Assembly: GCA_964407585.1 (NCBI GenBank)
Contig: CAYOWF010000001.1
Span: 1 to 59,053, forward strand
DNA length: 59,053 nt
Source: an uncultured Qipengyuania sp.
GTDB lineage: Bacteria > Pseudomonadota > Alphaproteobacteria > Sphingomonadales > Sphingomonadaceae
Direction of reading: 5' to 3'
Both the position numbers and the translations under genes were made by a program. Of the stretch, positions 35,352 to 45,743 are shown piece after piece; position 1 is the stretch's first letter; each line of letters begins with the position of its first letter. The notes under the pieces were generated by a model. The model was not told where the DNA came from. It saw only the letters and a program-made list of their open reading frames with translations, and searched no databases.

Positions 35352-36224
35352 TTAGCCTTCGGCTTCTTCGGTGGCCTTGCTGACGAGGATGTTGACCGAG
35401 ACGCGGCGGTTCTGCGCCTTGCCCTCGGGCGTGGTGTTGTCCGCAACCGGATCGGCTTCCGCCATGCCGGTCGGGGTCAACATGCGCCAAGGCTTCCAGC
35501 CGCATTCCTGCTGCAGGAAGTTGACGACGCGGCCCGCACGACGCTCGGACAGGATTTGGTTGTATTCCTGGCTGCCGACCGAATCGGTGTAGCCGACGAC
35601 CAGCAGAAGCGCGTTGTCGGTCGCTTCGGCCTTTGCTGCGATGTCGCAAATGTCACGCTGGCCTTCGGGCGAGATGTTCCACTTGCCGGTGTCGAAATAG
35701 ACGTTGGTCACGCCGCGGACGTTATATTCGTCGATGTTCGCCATGCGGCCCTTGAGCGCTTCGGCGGCCTTGGTGTTGGCGTCGATGTCGGCGCGCTGTT
35801 CGGCAAACTGCTGCTTCGTCGCACCACGGATCATGGCGGCGGTTTCGAGGTCGCTCGCCTTGAGCTTGACCTGGCTCGCGACAAGCCCGCCGTCAAACTG
35901 AAGCGTTTCGACTTCGACCGGCAGGCCGTTCATCAGCTGGTCGGTGCGCAGCGATTTAGTGCCGAGACCGAGGAAGCCGCCGGTGGCCTTAACTTCGGTG
36001 CCCTCGTCGACGATGATCGTCGTGTTCTGGCCGTTTTCCATGGTGACCTGGATCCGGTCGGCGCTCGTCGCGGTGATGATGCCTTCGATTTCAGGTCCAT
36101 CGACAAGGGCCGAACCGTAAACATCGATGTCGGTATTTTCCTGCGCAGCAACGGGGGCGGCGAGCGGAAGGGCGAGTGCCGTAAGCAGGAGGGGAATTCC
36201 CGCGGTTTTCTTCAATGCAGTCAC
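35352..36224 (-). CDS. OmpA-family peptidoglycan-binding protein with N-terminal beta domain and coiled linker
   Basis: Signal peptide; VYFDTG, GYTD..G...YN..LS.RRA..V, G.A.P.ADN.T.EG.AQNRRV; AAGGAG RBS before GTG 36224. Confidence 0.88.
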   Translation of the reverse strand: MTALKKTAGIPLLLTALALPLAAPVAAQENTDIDVYGSALVDGPEIEGIITATSADRIQVTMENGQNTTIIVDEGTEVKATGGFLGLGTKSLRTDQLMNGLPVEVETLQFDGGLVASQVKLKASDLETAAMIRGATKQQFAEQRADIDANTKAAEALKGRMANIDEYNVRGVTNVYFDTGKWNISPEGQRDICDIAAKAEATDNALLLVVGYTDSVGSQEYNQILSERRAGRVVNFLQQECGWKPWRMLTPTGMAEADPVADNTTPEGKAQNRRVSVNILVSKATEEAEG

Positions 36225-36510
36225 AATCAGATACTCCTTCGTAGAGCGCGGCATGCTTTTGCAGCTCACGCCTTTTCATCCTGTCTTCGTCCTGTTGCTT
36301 CGGGGAATGCAACAGGGCCGGTTGTCAAAACTCTTCACAAATCACTTAACGGAAGCGCAGCATTTGCTACGCGGCGGATGTGATGAGCGCTGGGGTGTTG
36401 ACCCCATGCTTTCTAAAAAGTGAACACCGCCGATTTGGTGCCCGTCAGGGGGGCGGCATGGGCGAAGGTTGCGGTGAACCGTTTAATCCTTGCCTTTTTT
36501 TGGCCAATTT

Positions 36511-37746
36511 TCAATTCGGGCGGACCAGCCTGGCGATGAAAAAACCGTCGATTCCCCCGTTCTCGGGCAACATTCCGGGGTCGGTGCGCAGCGTATTTTC
36601 CGCCGCTGCAATGCCGTCCGGTAGTGCCGTTTGCGCGATAGGATCGGGCTCGAGGGCTTCCGGGAATGTCTGCGCTTCGCCTTCCTCCACTTCCAGCGAG
36701 CAGGTTGCGTAGACAAACGCTCCGCCCGGCTTGAGCCAACCGCTCGCCCGCTCGACCAGCGCCGCCTGCAACGCGGCCATCTCCTCGATCTGGCGCGGTC
36801 CTATGCGATGGAGCACATCGGGATGGCGGCGCGCCGTACCAGTGGCGGTGCAGGGCGCATCGAGCAGGATGGCATCGAACTTGTGCTTGGGTTCCCATTG
36901 CAGCGCATCGGCGCGCAACGGAGCGGCATCCAGCCCAGTGCGCTTCAAATTGGCCTTGAGCAGTTCGAGCCGCCGCTTTGAGATATCGAGTGCGGTCACC
37001 TTCCAGCCCTGCGCCGCCAGTTGCAGCGTCTTGCCGCCGGGTGCCGCGCAGAGGTCGAGGACATGCCGCCCGTCGCCGATTCCCAGCAAGCGGGCGGGAA
37101 GCGAAGCGGCGAGGTCCTGCACCCACCATTCGCCTTCGGCATAACCGGGCAGCTTCTCCACATTTTCGCCGCGGGCGAGGCGTAAATGTCCGGGCATGAG
37201 GCTGTCGGCGGCAAGTTTTGCCTTCCAGACTTCTGTCTGCGACGGATCTTTCAAAGTGAGGTCGAGCGGAGGCGGCTCGGCGAGCCCAGTTGCAATTGCC
37301 CCGGCCCGCTCGCCCCATCGGTCGGCTACATCGGCAGGCAAGGTCGGCGCTGCGGGCAATGGGATTTCGCGCTTGGTCAGCGTCGAAAACACGCCATGCG
37401 CGAGTCTGCGCGGTCCTCCGGCAAGCAGCGGCAGGCAGGTTGCGATGACCGCATGCGGCGGCGTGTCCAGCCGCAGCCATTGCGCCAGCATCATTCGCAG
37501 CACCATGCGGGCCTTGGCATCATGCGGCAGCGGTTTCCTGGTGGCGCTATCGATGCGCGCGTCGAGGTCGACGAGCCAGCGGAGCACTTCGTTCGCGATG
37601 GCGCGCGCGAGGGCCTTGTCCTCGAACTTGCGCACATCCTCCGTTGCCGCACCGAAGGCGATATCGAGCGTCTCGCCCCGGCGCAGGACCGCATCGAGCA
37701 GGCGAAGCGCGGCGCGGCGCGCGTGGATTCCGGGAGGCTGGGACAT
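36511..37746 (-). CDS. rsmB: RsmB/NOP family RNA m5C methyltransferase
   Basis: NusB-like N-terminus, VQDLAA, LDLCAAPGGKT, DAPC, Y.TCS. Confidence 0.9.
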   Translation of the reverse strand: MSQPPGIHARRAALRLLDAVLRRGETLDIAFGAATEDVRKFEDKALARAIANEVLRWLVDLDARIDSATRKPLPHDAKARMVLRMMLAQWLRLDTPPHAVIATCLPLLAGGPRRLAHGVFSTLTKREIPLPAAPTLPADVADRWGERAGAIATGLAEPPPLDLTLKDPSQTEVWKAKLAADSLMPGHLRLARGENVEKLPGYAEGEWWVQDLAASLPARLLGIGDGRHVLDLCAAPGGKTLQLAAQGWKVTALDISKRRLELLKANLKRTGLDAAPLRADALQWEPKHKFDAILLDAPCTATGTARRHPDVLHRIGPRQIEEMAALQAALVERASGWLKPGGAFVYATCSLEVEEGEAQTFPEALEPDPIAQTALPDGIAAAENTLRTDPGMLPENGGIDGFFIARLVRPN

Positions 37747-37803
37747 TTCGCTGCGCCCCTACCCGCACTTGAAACTCTGCGCCAGCCTGCGCATCTTCGG
37801 GAT

Positions 37804-37962
37804 ATGACCAAACGCGCAACCAAGCGGCCCGAGACATTCGAGAAGCCTGAACATTGGGACAGCGAGCCTGCACCCGCGCCGAAGAAGGGCAAGGTCGACG
37901 AGGACCTCAGCCCGACGCGCTACGGCGACTGGGTCAAGGACGGCATCGCGGTAGATTTCTGA
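37804..37962 (+). CDS. DUF1674 / SDHAF4-like small protein
   Basis: C-terminal PTRYGDW..DG..VDF; preceded by RpoH-like CTTGAA-N16-CGCATCT. Confidence 0.88.
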   Translation: MTKRATKRPETFEKPEHWDSEPAPAPKKGKVDEDLSPTRYGDWVKDGIAVDF

Positions 37963-38008
37963 TCCTGCGCAGAACTGCACTGCTATTGAGCAGTGGGCCT
38001 AGAGGGAT

Positions 38009-39397
38009 TCAGATCGCCTTGAGCGAAATCTTCAACCCGTCTCTGGGCTTGGGAATCGGCCATGCCTGCCAGTCGGGCTCCTGCTCCAGCTCGATCGCGT
38101 AACGCGGCAGGAGCTGCGCGAGCAGTATCTTCACCTGCATATAGGCGAAGTGCAGCCCGATACACATGTGCGCGCCGCCACCGAAGGGCACCCAGGCGTA
38201 TTTATGGCGTGCCTTCACCTGTTCGGGGGTGAAACGCATCGGATCGAAGGCGAAGGGATCGTCCCAGTGTTCTTCATCGTGATGGACGAAATACTGGTTG
38301 ATGCCGACATGCGTGCCGCCTGGGATACGATATCCGCCATATTCGAATTCGCGCAGCGCACGCCGGGGCATGGACGGGACCGGCGGGACCATTCGTAGAG
38401 CCTCCTTGAAGGCCATTTCGCACAGTTCGAGCTTGCCGAGATCTTCGTAAGCCAGATCGCGCGGCTTTCCATCCGCGCCAACGCCGCCGGTCACGCTCTC
38501 GACTTCCTGACGCAGTCTTTCCTGCCATTCCGGATGCTTCGCCAGCAGCCAGATCAGCGACGTGGCCGAACTGGTGATCGTGTCGTGCGCGGCCATCATC
38601 AGGAAGTTCATGTGATCGACCACCTCGTCGACCGGCATCAGGCTGCCATCGTCATATTCCGCAGTGGCGAACTGGCTGAACATGTCCTGCCCGCCGCCCT
38701 CGGCGCGGCGACGATGGGTTTCCTTGGTGAAGAAATCGACGAGGAAGGCGCGTCCATCGACGCCGCGCTTCATCTGGGTGAAGGGTAAGGGCTTGCGCAC
38801 CGGCGCGACCGATGCCTGCACCATATCGATGAAAGCTTCGTTGATCCTGTCGGCTTCCGGGCCCCATTCGATGCCGATGAAACTGTCGGCGGCAAGGTCG
38901 AGCGTGAGCGTCTTGATTGCAGGGTAGAACTGCATCCGCCCATCGCCCCAAGCTTCGACTTTCTTCGCGATGCCGCGATTGAGGCTGCCCGCATAATGAC
39001 GCATGGGTTCCGGCTTGAAGGCGATCGAAAGCGCACGGCGGTCGGCGCGATGATGGTCGAAATCGAGCAGCATCAGCCCGCGCGGGAAGAGCTGGTCGAG
39101 CACCGGGCCCCAGCCCTGTTCGCTGGAAAAGTTCTTGTTCCGGTCGAACAGCACCAGCTCGTTCGCATCGGCACCGATGAGGCCGACGTTCCAGCCCCCG
39201 AACGCCTTGCTTTTGTAGACCCGGCCATAGGTTTCGACCATGTGCCGCGTGAAGGCATGCGGGTCCTTGAGCATCTTGAAGGTGTTACCGACCAGCGGCC
39301 AGCCTCCTTCGCCGGGTATATGCGCCAGTTCGGCATCGCTTGGGACACCTTCGGTCCAATGCGTCGGAATAGGGTCGTGCGCGGCAAGCGTGGCCAT
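38009..39397 (-). CDS. Cytochrome P450
   Basis: AAHDT I-helix, EALR ExxR, FDPMRF, PFGGGAHMCIG heme-Cys motif. Confidence 0.95.
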   Translation of the reverse strand: MATLAAHDPIPTHWTEGVPSDAELAHIPGEGGWPLVGNTFKMLKDPHAFTRHMVETYGRVYKSKAFGGWNVGLIGADANELVLFDRNKNFSSEQGWGPVLDQLFPRGLMLLDFDHHRADRRALSIAFKPEPMRHYAGSLNRGIAKKVEAWGDGRMQFYPAIKTLTLDLAADSFIGIEWGPEADRINEAFIDMVQASVAPVRKPLPFTQMKRGVDGRAFLVDFFTKETHRRRAEGGGQDMFSQFATAEYDDGSLMPVDEVVDHMNFLMMAAHDTITSSATSLIWLLAKHPEWQERLRQEVESVTGGVGADGKPRDLAYEDLGKLELCEMAFKEALRMVPPVPSMPRRALREFEYGGYRIPGGTHVGINQYFVHHDEEHWDDPFAFDPMRFTPEQVKARHKYAWVPFGGGAHMCIGLHFAYMQVKILLAQLLPRYAIELEQEPDWQAWPIPKPRDGLKISLKAI

Positions 39398-39410
39398 CGG
39401 AAACTCCTGG

Positions 39411-39432
39411 TTACTTACCGTAGTGTAAGTAA
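39411..39432. promoter_or_regulatory. Palindromic operator-like site upstream of the P450 gene
   Basis: TTACTTAC-CGTAGT-GTAAGTAA, a perfect AT-rich 8-bp inverted repeat next to the P450 RBS. Confidence 0.6.
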
Positions 39433-39435
39433 TCG

Positions 39436-40464
39436 CTAAGGCTTAATCCAGCCCGAAAGCTCGCGACGCAAGAGCGTCTCCAGCATGGCAAGTCCGGCCT
39501 CGGAAGTGTTGAGGCAGGATAGCGCCGCGAATTGCTCGCCGCCTTCCTCCAGGAACTGGTCGCGCCCCTCTATCGCCAGCTCTTCCAGCGTCTCGAGACA
39601 GTCCGCGGAAAATCCCGGCGCCGCGATCGCAAGGCGCTTTGCGCCCTGCGCGGCTTCCTCCGCGATGATAGTATCGGTCGCCGGTTCGAGCCACTTGGCC
39701 CTGCCGAAGCGCGATTGGAAGCTGGTGCGGATGCGCAGGCCGCGCCCGGCCATCCGTTCCTGCAGAAGGCGCGAGGTCTTTTGGCATTGGCAGTGATAGG
39801 GATCGCCAAGATGCAGAGTCCGCTCGGGCATGCCGTGAAAACTCAACAGGAGCACTTCCGGCTTGAATTCGAGCGCGTCGAGCTGACGAGTGAGATCCTC
39901 CTCGAGCGCCGCGATATAGGCAGGATCGTCGTGATAGGGCGGCAAGGTACGCAATGCCGGCTGCCAACGCATTTCCTTCAGCTTGTCGGCGACCTTGTCC
40001 ACGACTGTCGCCGTCGTGGCGGCGGAATATTGCGGATAGAGCGGAGCCAGAAGGATTCGCTCGCACCCGGCATCCACAAGCCCCTGCAATCGATCTGCAA
40101 TGGTCGGCGAACCGTAGCGCATCGCCCAATCGACCTTCACTTCGCCGCCGAACCGCGCCTGCAAGGCTTCGGCCTGCTTTCGCGTGATGACCGCCAGGGG
40201 CGAGCCTTCATCGGTCCAGACCTGAGAATAGGCCTGTGCGCTCTGCTTGGGGCGCGTGTTCAGGATAATGCCGCGTAGAATGGGTTGCCACGCGATCGGC
40301 GGAATTTCGACCACGCGGCGATCCGACAGGAACTCCGCGAGATAGCGCTTTACCGACCCCACTTCTGGCGCGTCGGGCGTGCCGAGATTGACGACGAGCA
40401 CACCGATGCCGCCCGACTTTACGGGGGGATGTTCCGTGGGAAGGTTCTGTTCCTGCCAGGTCAT
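39436..40464 (-). CDS. hemH: Ferrochelatase
   Basis: NLGTP, FLSD.RV, GSPL, AMRYG.P, LYPQYS, SFHG.P, FQSRFG..WL.P, DCLETLEE. Confidence 0.96.
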   Translation of the reverse strand: MTWQEQNLPTEHPPVKSGGIGVLVVNLGTPDAPEVGSVKRYLAEFLSDRRVVEIPPIAWQPILRGIILNTRPKQSAQAYSQVWTDEGSPLAVITRKQAEALQARFGGEVKVDWAMRYGSPTIADRLQGLVDAGCERILLAPLYPQYSAATTATVVDKVADKLKEMRWQPALRTLPPYHDDPAYIAALEEDLTRQLDALEFKPEVLLLSFHGMPERTLHLGDPYHCQCQKTSRLLQERMAGRGLRIRTSFQSRFGRAKWLEPATDTIIAEEAAQGAKRLAIAAPGFSADCLETLEELAIEGRDQFLEEGGEQFAALSCLNTSEAGLAMLETLLRRELSGWIKP

Positions 40465-42752
40465 GGGCTGAGCGGAAGACGGTAAGAACGCTCGCCCGTC
40501 AAGGCAAAGAGCGCATTGGCGATCGCTGCAGGGGCGACCGCGACGCCCAATTCGCCGGGATCGAAGGGTTCGGCGTCGCTCTGCACGAAGTCGATGAGCA
40601 TATCGGGTGTGTCCGCAAGCTGCGGCAGGTTCATGTCGCCAAGGGTTCGCGGCACGGGATGGCCGCTTTCAAAGGTAAGCGTCTGACCCAGCGCAAGGCC
40701 CATGCCGAACAGCAGCCCGCCTTCGATCTGCTGCCGCGCGATATCGAGGTTTAAGATCCGGCCGATATCGACCACCGCGCTCAGCTGTTCGACCTTTATG
40801 CCCCCTTCGCCGCGACGCACATGGGCGACGCAGGCGATATGACCCGCGACGGCGGGATCGCGGCCCATCCGCACGGCGGCTATCCCTTCACCGGAGCCTG
40901 CCCGAGCGCCGTCCCAATCGCCGAGCCGGGTCGCGCGGCGCAAGACTTCGGCCATCCGCGGCGCTCCACCCAGCATCGCCATACGGTAGAGGAAGGGATC
41001 GCGCCCGGCCATGCGTGCCAGTTCGTCGATGACGGTTTCGGTGAAGAAAGTCGTGTAGGGCGCTGCACCGCCACGCATCCGCCCAACGGGCAAAGTCACT
41101 TTCGCGGGATTGTGCTCGATGGCGACGTGGCTGATGCCATAGGGCGGTAACGCCCCTTCTACGGCAAAGGGATCCGCCTCGCCCCGGCTTTCGCGCTGAG
41201 CCGCTTCAGGCGTGTAATTGTCGAACAGGCGATGCCCTGCCTCGCGCATCCAAGGCGGCGTTGTGATGCGCGCGCGCCAGGCTACGGGCTGTCCCTGTCC
41301 GCCTAACGTGGCGGCAATGTCGGCATGCACCGGTGCGCGCGCCGGCACGGCCTGCATATCCTGCGGTCGCGACCAAGTGAGCTGTACGGGCCTGCCGACT
41401 TCTGCGGCAATCTGGGCGACTTCGATGGCGTGTTGCTTTTCCAGGCGTGCATCGAAGCTGCCGCCGGCCGACATGGGATAGATGACTACGTCCGAAGGCG
41501 AGATTCCGATTGCTTTCGCAGCGGCATCGCGCGCCGCCGACGGAGCTTGCGACGCCATCCAGAGCTCAAGGCGGCCCTCTGCAAGTCGCGCGGTGGCGCA
41601 AGCGGTTTCGAGCGGCGCATGCAAGGCCGGTGCGACATCGAAGCGCCGCACGAGTGTAGGCGTCCCCAGCATTGCATCGGGTTCGCCCACGGTTGCAATC
41701 CGTTCGGCATCGTCCGCTTCCCGCTCGATTGCCCGTTCCATCTCGGTTTCGAGGTAGATCTGCTCGAGCGTACCGGGTCCGGTGAATTCGGGACGCATTT
41801 TTGCCAGAGCGTTGTCGGCGATCCACCAGCTCTCTGCCACTGCCGCGATCCATCGCTTCGACTTCACTACGCCAACGAGACCGCGCGTATTCGCTACCGC
41901 ACGCTCGCTGAAGCGCAGAAGTTCGGGCAGGCCGACAGGCCCATGCCGGATCGAGGCAAACACCATGCCCGGCAGGCGGACGTCGGCAGCGAACAGATGG
42001 CTGCCATCGACCTTGGACGGCAGGTCGAGACGCGGGAACAGCGTCGGTGCGGACCCTTCGCCTGCCAGCGGTTCCTCGAACGCCGGCATCGGGCGCAGCG
42101 GCGCAGGATCGGGCGGATCGAACTGCGCTGCCTCTTCGACGAGTTCACCGAAGGGCAGGCGCTGGCGATCGTGAAGCACGAACCCTTCGGCAACTTCGCA
42201 TTCCTCGGGTTCGACATCCCAGCGATCGGCTGCCGCGCGCACCAGCATGTCGCGCGCGCTCGCCGACGCTTCACGCAAGGGTTGTTCGTAAGCAGCGAGG
42301 CTGGTTCCGCAGGCGGTCACGGTGAAGTCGTTCGACCGGGCGAACTTGCCGACTGCACTGTCCCCTGCATCGTCACCGCCACCGAACCAGCCTTCCCATA
42401 GTGGCGACCACTCTGCGGCCAGCGGCAGGTTGGCGAAGAAGCCCGCAGGAGGCACCGGCTCGATCCCGACCTGCCTCCAGTCCGCACCCAGCTCGACCGC
42501 GGCGATCTGAGCCAGGACGGTTCCGATTCCCTGCCCCATTTCGAGCTGCGGGACGGCGAGTGTCACCACCCCGTCGCGTGCAATGGTAAGCCAGCCGCCG
42601 AATGCCTCCTCTCCCTCGCGCGCGACCAGCGGGCTGGCATAGCTGCGCGGCCAAAGCGTCCATGCGACGAGCAGCCCGCCGCCCGCAGCCGCGCCCGCCA
42701 ATAACTTGCGGCGCGAGAGGGGGATATCCTTCAGCTTTTCGCGGAGATCCAT
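40461..42752 (-). CDS. Xanthine-dehydrogenase-family molybdopterin-binding subunit (IorB-like) with Tat-like leader
   Basis: SRRKLL, EMGQG, KVDG...F..DV, GGSF, QIEGG, GELG; no 2Fe-2S subunit gene adjacent. Confidence 0.87.
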   Translation of the reverse strand: MDLREKLKDIPLSRRKLLAGAAAGGGLLVAWTLWPRSYASPLVAREGEEAFGGWLTIARDGVVTLAVPQLEMGQGIGTVLAQIAAVELGADWRQVGIEPVPPAGFFANLPLAAEWSPLWEGWFGGGDDAGDSAVGKFARSNDFTVTACGTSLAAYEQPLREASASARDMLVRAAADRWDVEPEECEVAEGFVLHDRQRLPFGELVEEAAQFDPPDPAPLRPMPAFEEPLAGEGSAPTLFPRLDLPSKVDGSHLFAADVRLPGMVFASIRHGPVGLPELLRFSERAVANTRGLVGVVKSKRWIAAVAESWWIADNALAKMRPEFTGPGTLEQIYLETEMERAIEREADDAERIATVGEPDAMLGTPTLVRRFDVAPALHAPLETACATARLAEGRLELWMASQAPSAARDAAAKAIGISPSDVVIYPMSAGGSFDARLEKQHAIEVAQIAAEVGRPVQLTWSRPQDMQAVPARAPVHADIAATLGGQGQPVAWRARITTPPWMREAGHRLFDNYTPEAAQRESRGEADPFAVEGALPPYGISHVAIEHNPAKVTLPVGRMRGGAAPYTTFFTETVIDELARMAGRDPFLYRMAMLGGAPRMAEVLRRATRLGDWDGARAGSGEGIAAVRMGRDPAVAGHIACVAHVRRGEGGIKVEQLSAVVDIGRILNLDIARQQIEGGLLFGMGLALGQTLTFESGHPVPRTLGDMNLPQLADTPDMLIDFVQSDAEPFDPGELGVAVAPAAIANALFALTGERSYRLPLSP

Positions 42753-43696
42753 GCCTGCAACCTGTCGGCTATTGCCATGAAAGGTCCAGCCATCGGACCA
42801 TTGCCTGCAGCGGGCGGGTCACCCGCATCGCTGCCCTGTCGGATTGCCATGTCGAGCGGGATACGTCCGAGGAATGGCAGTTCGAGCCGCTCGGCCGCCT
42901 GTTCGACACCGCCCGCACCGAAAGGGTCGGAGACCTCCCCGCAAGACGGGCAGGCATAGCCCGACATGTTCTCGACCAGGCCGATAATCTCGACGCCTGC
43001 CGATTCGAACAATTGCCCGGCACGCGCAGCATCGATGAGCGCGAGATCCTGCGGAGTGGAAACCAGTACTGCGCCCGCCGGCTTGAATTTCTGCACCATG
43101 GTCAGTTGCACGTCGCCCGTACCTGGCGGCAGGTCGATGAGCAGGACTTCGGTATCGTTCGGCCAGTGCGCCTCGATCAACTGGCCCAGCGCACCGGCCG
43201 CCATCGGCCCGCGCCATGCCAGCGCCTTGCCCGGCGCGACGAGGTGACCCATCGAAAGATGCGGTACGCCATATTTGCTGTCGATCGCGATCGGTTTGTT
43301 GTCCTGCGCCTGCGGGCGAACGTCCTGTGTGCCGAGGATGACCGGCTGCGAAGGGCCGTAGATATCGGCATCGACCAGCCCGACCTTCACCCCCTTCTTC
43401 GCCAGCGCGATCGCCAGGTTCGCCGTGAGCGTCGATTTGCCCACCCCGCCCTTGCCTGAACCGACGGCGATGATCATCGGCCCCTTGCGTTCGGCAGTCA
43501 TCACCACGCGAACTTCATTCACGTCGCTACGATCGCCGACGGACTTCTTGACCGCCTCTTCCACCTTGTCCCGCTGTGCAATCGGAATCGGGCCTGCATC
43601 TATAATGATCGTGGCACGCCCCTCGTTCAGGACCGAACCGGTCACAAGAGGGACGATTTCGGGTGGCAAATCGGCAGAAAAATCGGTGCGGCTCAT
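42731..43696 (-). CDS. mrp: Mrp/ApbC iron-sulfur cluster carrier ATPase
   Basis: SGKGGVGKST, DADIYGPS, WRGPM, DLPPGTGD, TPQ, ENMS...CPSC. Confidence 0.94.
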   Translation of the reverse strand: MSRTDFSADLPPEIVPLVTGSVLNEGRATIIIDAGPIPIAQRDKVEEAVKKSVGDRSDVNEVRVVMTAERKGPMIIAVGSGKGGVGKSTLTANLAIALAKKGVKVGLVDADIYGPSQPVILGTQDVRPQAQDNKPIAIDSKYGVPHLSMGHLVAPGKALAWRGPMAAGALGQLIEAHWPNDTEVLLIDLPPGTGDVQLTMVQKFKPAGAVLVSTPQDLALIDAARAGQLFESAGVEIIGLVENMSGYACPSCGEVSDPFGAGGVEQAAERLELPFLGRIPLDMAIRQGSDAGDPPAAGNGPMAGPFMAIADRLQAWISAKS

Positions 43697-43771
43697 GGGC
43701 GACGCTGCTGTAGCATCGAAAAGCGTGCCGCAACCCCTGTTTTTCCCGGAAATGGTTCCTATAAGACACTT

Positions 43772-44908
43772 ATGAGAATTTTGGACGGGGTTCGCCTGGC
43801 AATGGCTGGAAAAAATCCATGGGGTTCGGAGGGCGATGACTCTTCGGGCTCCGGAGACGATGGCAACAAGGGCGACGGCGGCAAGTCCGACGGCCCGCGC
43901 AACCCCTGGTTGCCGCCTTCATCGGGCGGCGGTGGGGGCGGCAAGCGCGGCCCGAATATCGAGGACATCTTCAAGCAACGCGGGCCCGAGCAAAGGCGCC
44001 GCGGCGGAGGCGGCGGCGGATTCCGTATGCCGCAACGTCCCGGCGGGAAGAGCTGGTTCCCCGTACTGGTGGTCGGCATCATCGCGCTGGGCCTGCTTGC
44101 GACCAGCGCGCATCTGATCGGCCCGCAGGAGAAAGCCGTGGTCAAGCGCCTCGGCGATTACAGCCGCACGCTGGACTCGGGCCTGCAATTTTCCTTTCCC
44201 TTCCCCATCGAGACGGTCGACGTAGAGAATGTCGAGGGCGTTCGCCCCGTGCGCATTCCGGGGAACAACAACCAAGCCAAGCTCATCCTCACCGGTGACC
44301 AGAACCTGGTCGATCTGAGCTATATCGTTCGCTGGAACATCAAGGATCTGGAATCCTTCAAATTCCGCGTGGTGGACCCGGAAGAGACCGTAAACGAAGT
44401 GGCCGAAGCGGCCATGCGCGCCTCGGTAGCCGAAAAGCAGCTCGACGAAACCTTCTCCGGCCAGGGTCGTGCCGCAATTGAACAGGATGTCCGGAACCGC
44501 ATGCAGGACACGCTCGACCGGTACCGGGCGGGTATTCGCGTGCTCGGTGTGGAGATCGAGAAAGCCGACCCGCCGAGCCAGGTGGTCGATGCATTCCGCG
44601 ACGTTCAGGTAGCCGAACAGAACGCTGACGCAGCGCGAAACCAGGCTCAGGGCTATGCCCAGCAAGTGCTCGCGCAGGCAGAGGGTGAGGCGGAGGCCTT
44701 CGACAAGGTCTACGAGCAGTACCGCCTTGCACCCGAGGTCACCCGCCAGCGTCTCTATTACGAGACCATGGAACGCGTGCTCAGCAAGACCGACAAGACG
44801 ATCGTGGAAGCGCAAGGCGTGACGCCGTACCTCCCGCTTCCCGAGATCCGTCGCCGCGCACAGCAGCAACAGCCGGCCGCCACCGCAACCGGGCCGGGAG
44901 GACAATAA
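43772..44908 (+). CDS. hflK: FtsH protease modulator HflK
   Basis: Gly-rich N-terminus with NPW, TM helix, SPFH domain (LTGDQNLV), Y..AP.VTR.RLY.ETME. Confidence 0.93.
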   Translation: MRILDGVRLAMAGKNPWGSEGDDSSGSGDDGNKGDGGKSDGPRNPWLPPSSGGGGGGKRGPNIEDIFKQRGPEQRRRGGGGGGFRMPQRPGGKSWFPVLVVGIIALGLLATSAHLIGPQEKAVVKRLGDYSRTLDSGLQFSFPFPIETVDVENVEGVRPVRIPGNNNQAKLILTGDQNLVDLSYIVRWNIKDLESFKFRVVDPEETVNEVAEAAMRASVAEKQLDETFSGQGRAAIEQDVRNRMQDTLDRYRAGIRVLGVEIEKADPPSQVVDAFRDVQVAEQNADAARNQAQGYAQQVLAQAEGEAEAFDKVYEQYRLAPEVTRQRLYYETMERVLSKTDKTIVEAQGVTPYLPLPEIRRRAQQQQPAATATGPGGQ

Positions 44909-44909
44909 G

Positions 44910-45743
44910 ATGCAGCGTATCTGGGAAGATCATCGCCTGACCATCATCGCGCTCGCCGTCGCCTTCGTCGGCTTCATCATGAGCGCCTATGTGGTTCCGG
45001 AAGAAGAACAGGTCGTTAGGGTTCGCACCGGTAATCCGGTCGGCGTTGCGAATATGGTCGGCGACGACAAGGGGCCCGGTCTCTATTTCCGTGCGCCCTT
45101 CGTGGACCGGCTCGTGCGTATCGAACGCCGCCTGCTCGATCTCGAAATGACCAATGAAGAGGTCCTTTCGAACGACCAGCAGCGCCTGCTGGTCGATGCC
45201 TATGCGCGTTTCCGCATCACCGATCCGGTCCGCATGGTACGCCGTGCGGGTACGACCGACGGTGTACGCACCGCGATGGAACCGATTCTCAACTCGGTCC
45301 TCCGCCAGGAACTCGGCCGCCGTACCTTCCAGGCCATGCTGACCGCAGAGCGCGGTTCGGCACTCCAGAACGTGCGCGCGAACCTCGATCGTCAGGCACG
45401 CCAGTACGGCGCAGAGGTGGTCGATGTGCAGATTACCCGAACCGACTTGCCCGAAGCGCCGCTGCAATCGGCCTTCACCCGCATGGAATCGGACCGTCAG
45501 CGCGAAGCACGCACCATCCGTGCGCAAGGTAGCCGCGATGCGCGAATCATTCGCGCCGATGCCGATGCCGAAGCCGCGCGGATCTATGCCGAGAGCTTCG
45601 GCAAGGATGCAGGCTTCTACGATTTCTATCGTGCGATGCAGAGCTATGATGCGACTTTCGCCGCAGAGAACGGCGACGCGGCGAGCAGCATCATTCTCTC
45701 GCCCGACAATGAATATCTGCAGCAGTTCCGCGGACGCCGTTGA
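44910..45743 (+). CDS. hflC: FtsH protease modulator HflC
   Basis: PGL.F..PF, VDAYAR.RI.DP, RM..R..EA...RA.G, FY.FYR.MQ.Y. Confidence 0.93.
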   Translation: MQRIWEDHRLTIIALAVAFVGFIMSAYVVPEEEQVVRVRTGNPVGVANMVGDDKGPGLYFRAPFVDRLVRIERRLLDLEMTNEEVLSNDQQRLLVDAYARFRITDPVRMVRRAGTTDGVRTAMEPILNSVLRQELGRRTFQAMLTAERGSALQNVRANLDRQARQYGAEVVDVQITRTDLPEAPLQSAFTRMESDRQREARTIRAQGSRDARIIRADADAEAARIYAESFGKDAGFYDFYRAMQSYDATFAAENGDAASSIILSPDNEYLQQFRGRR

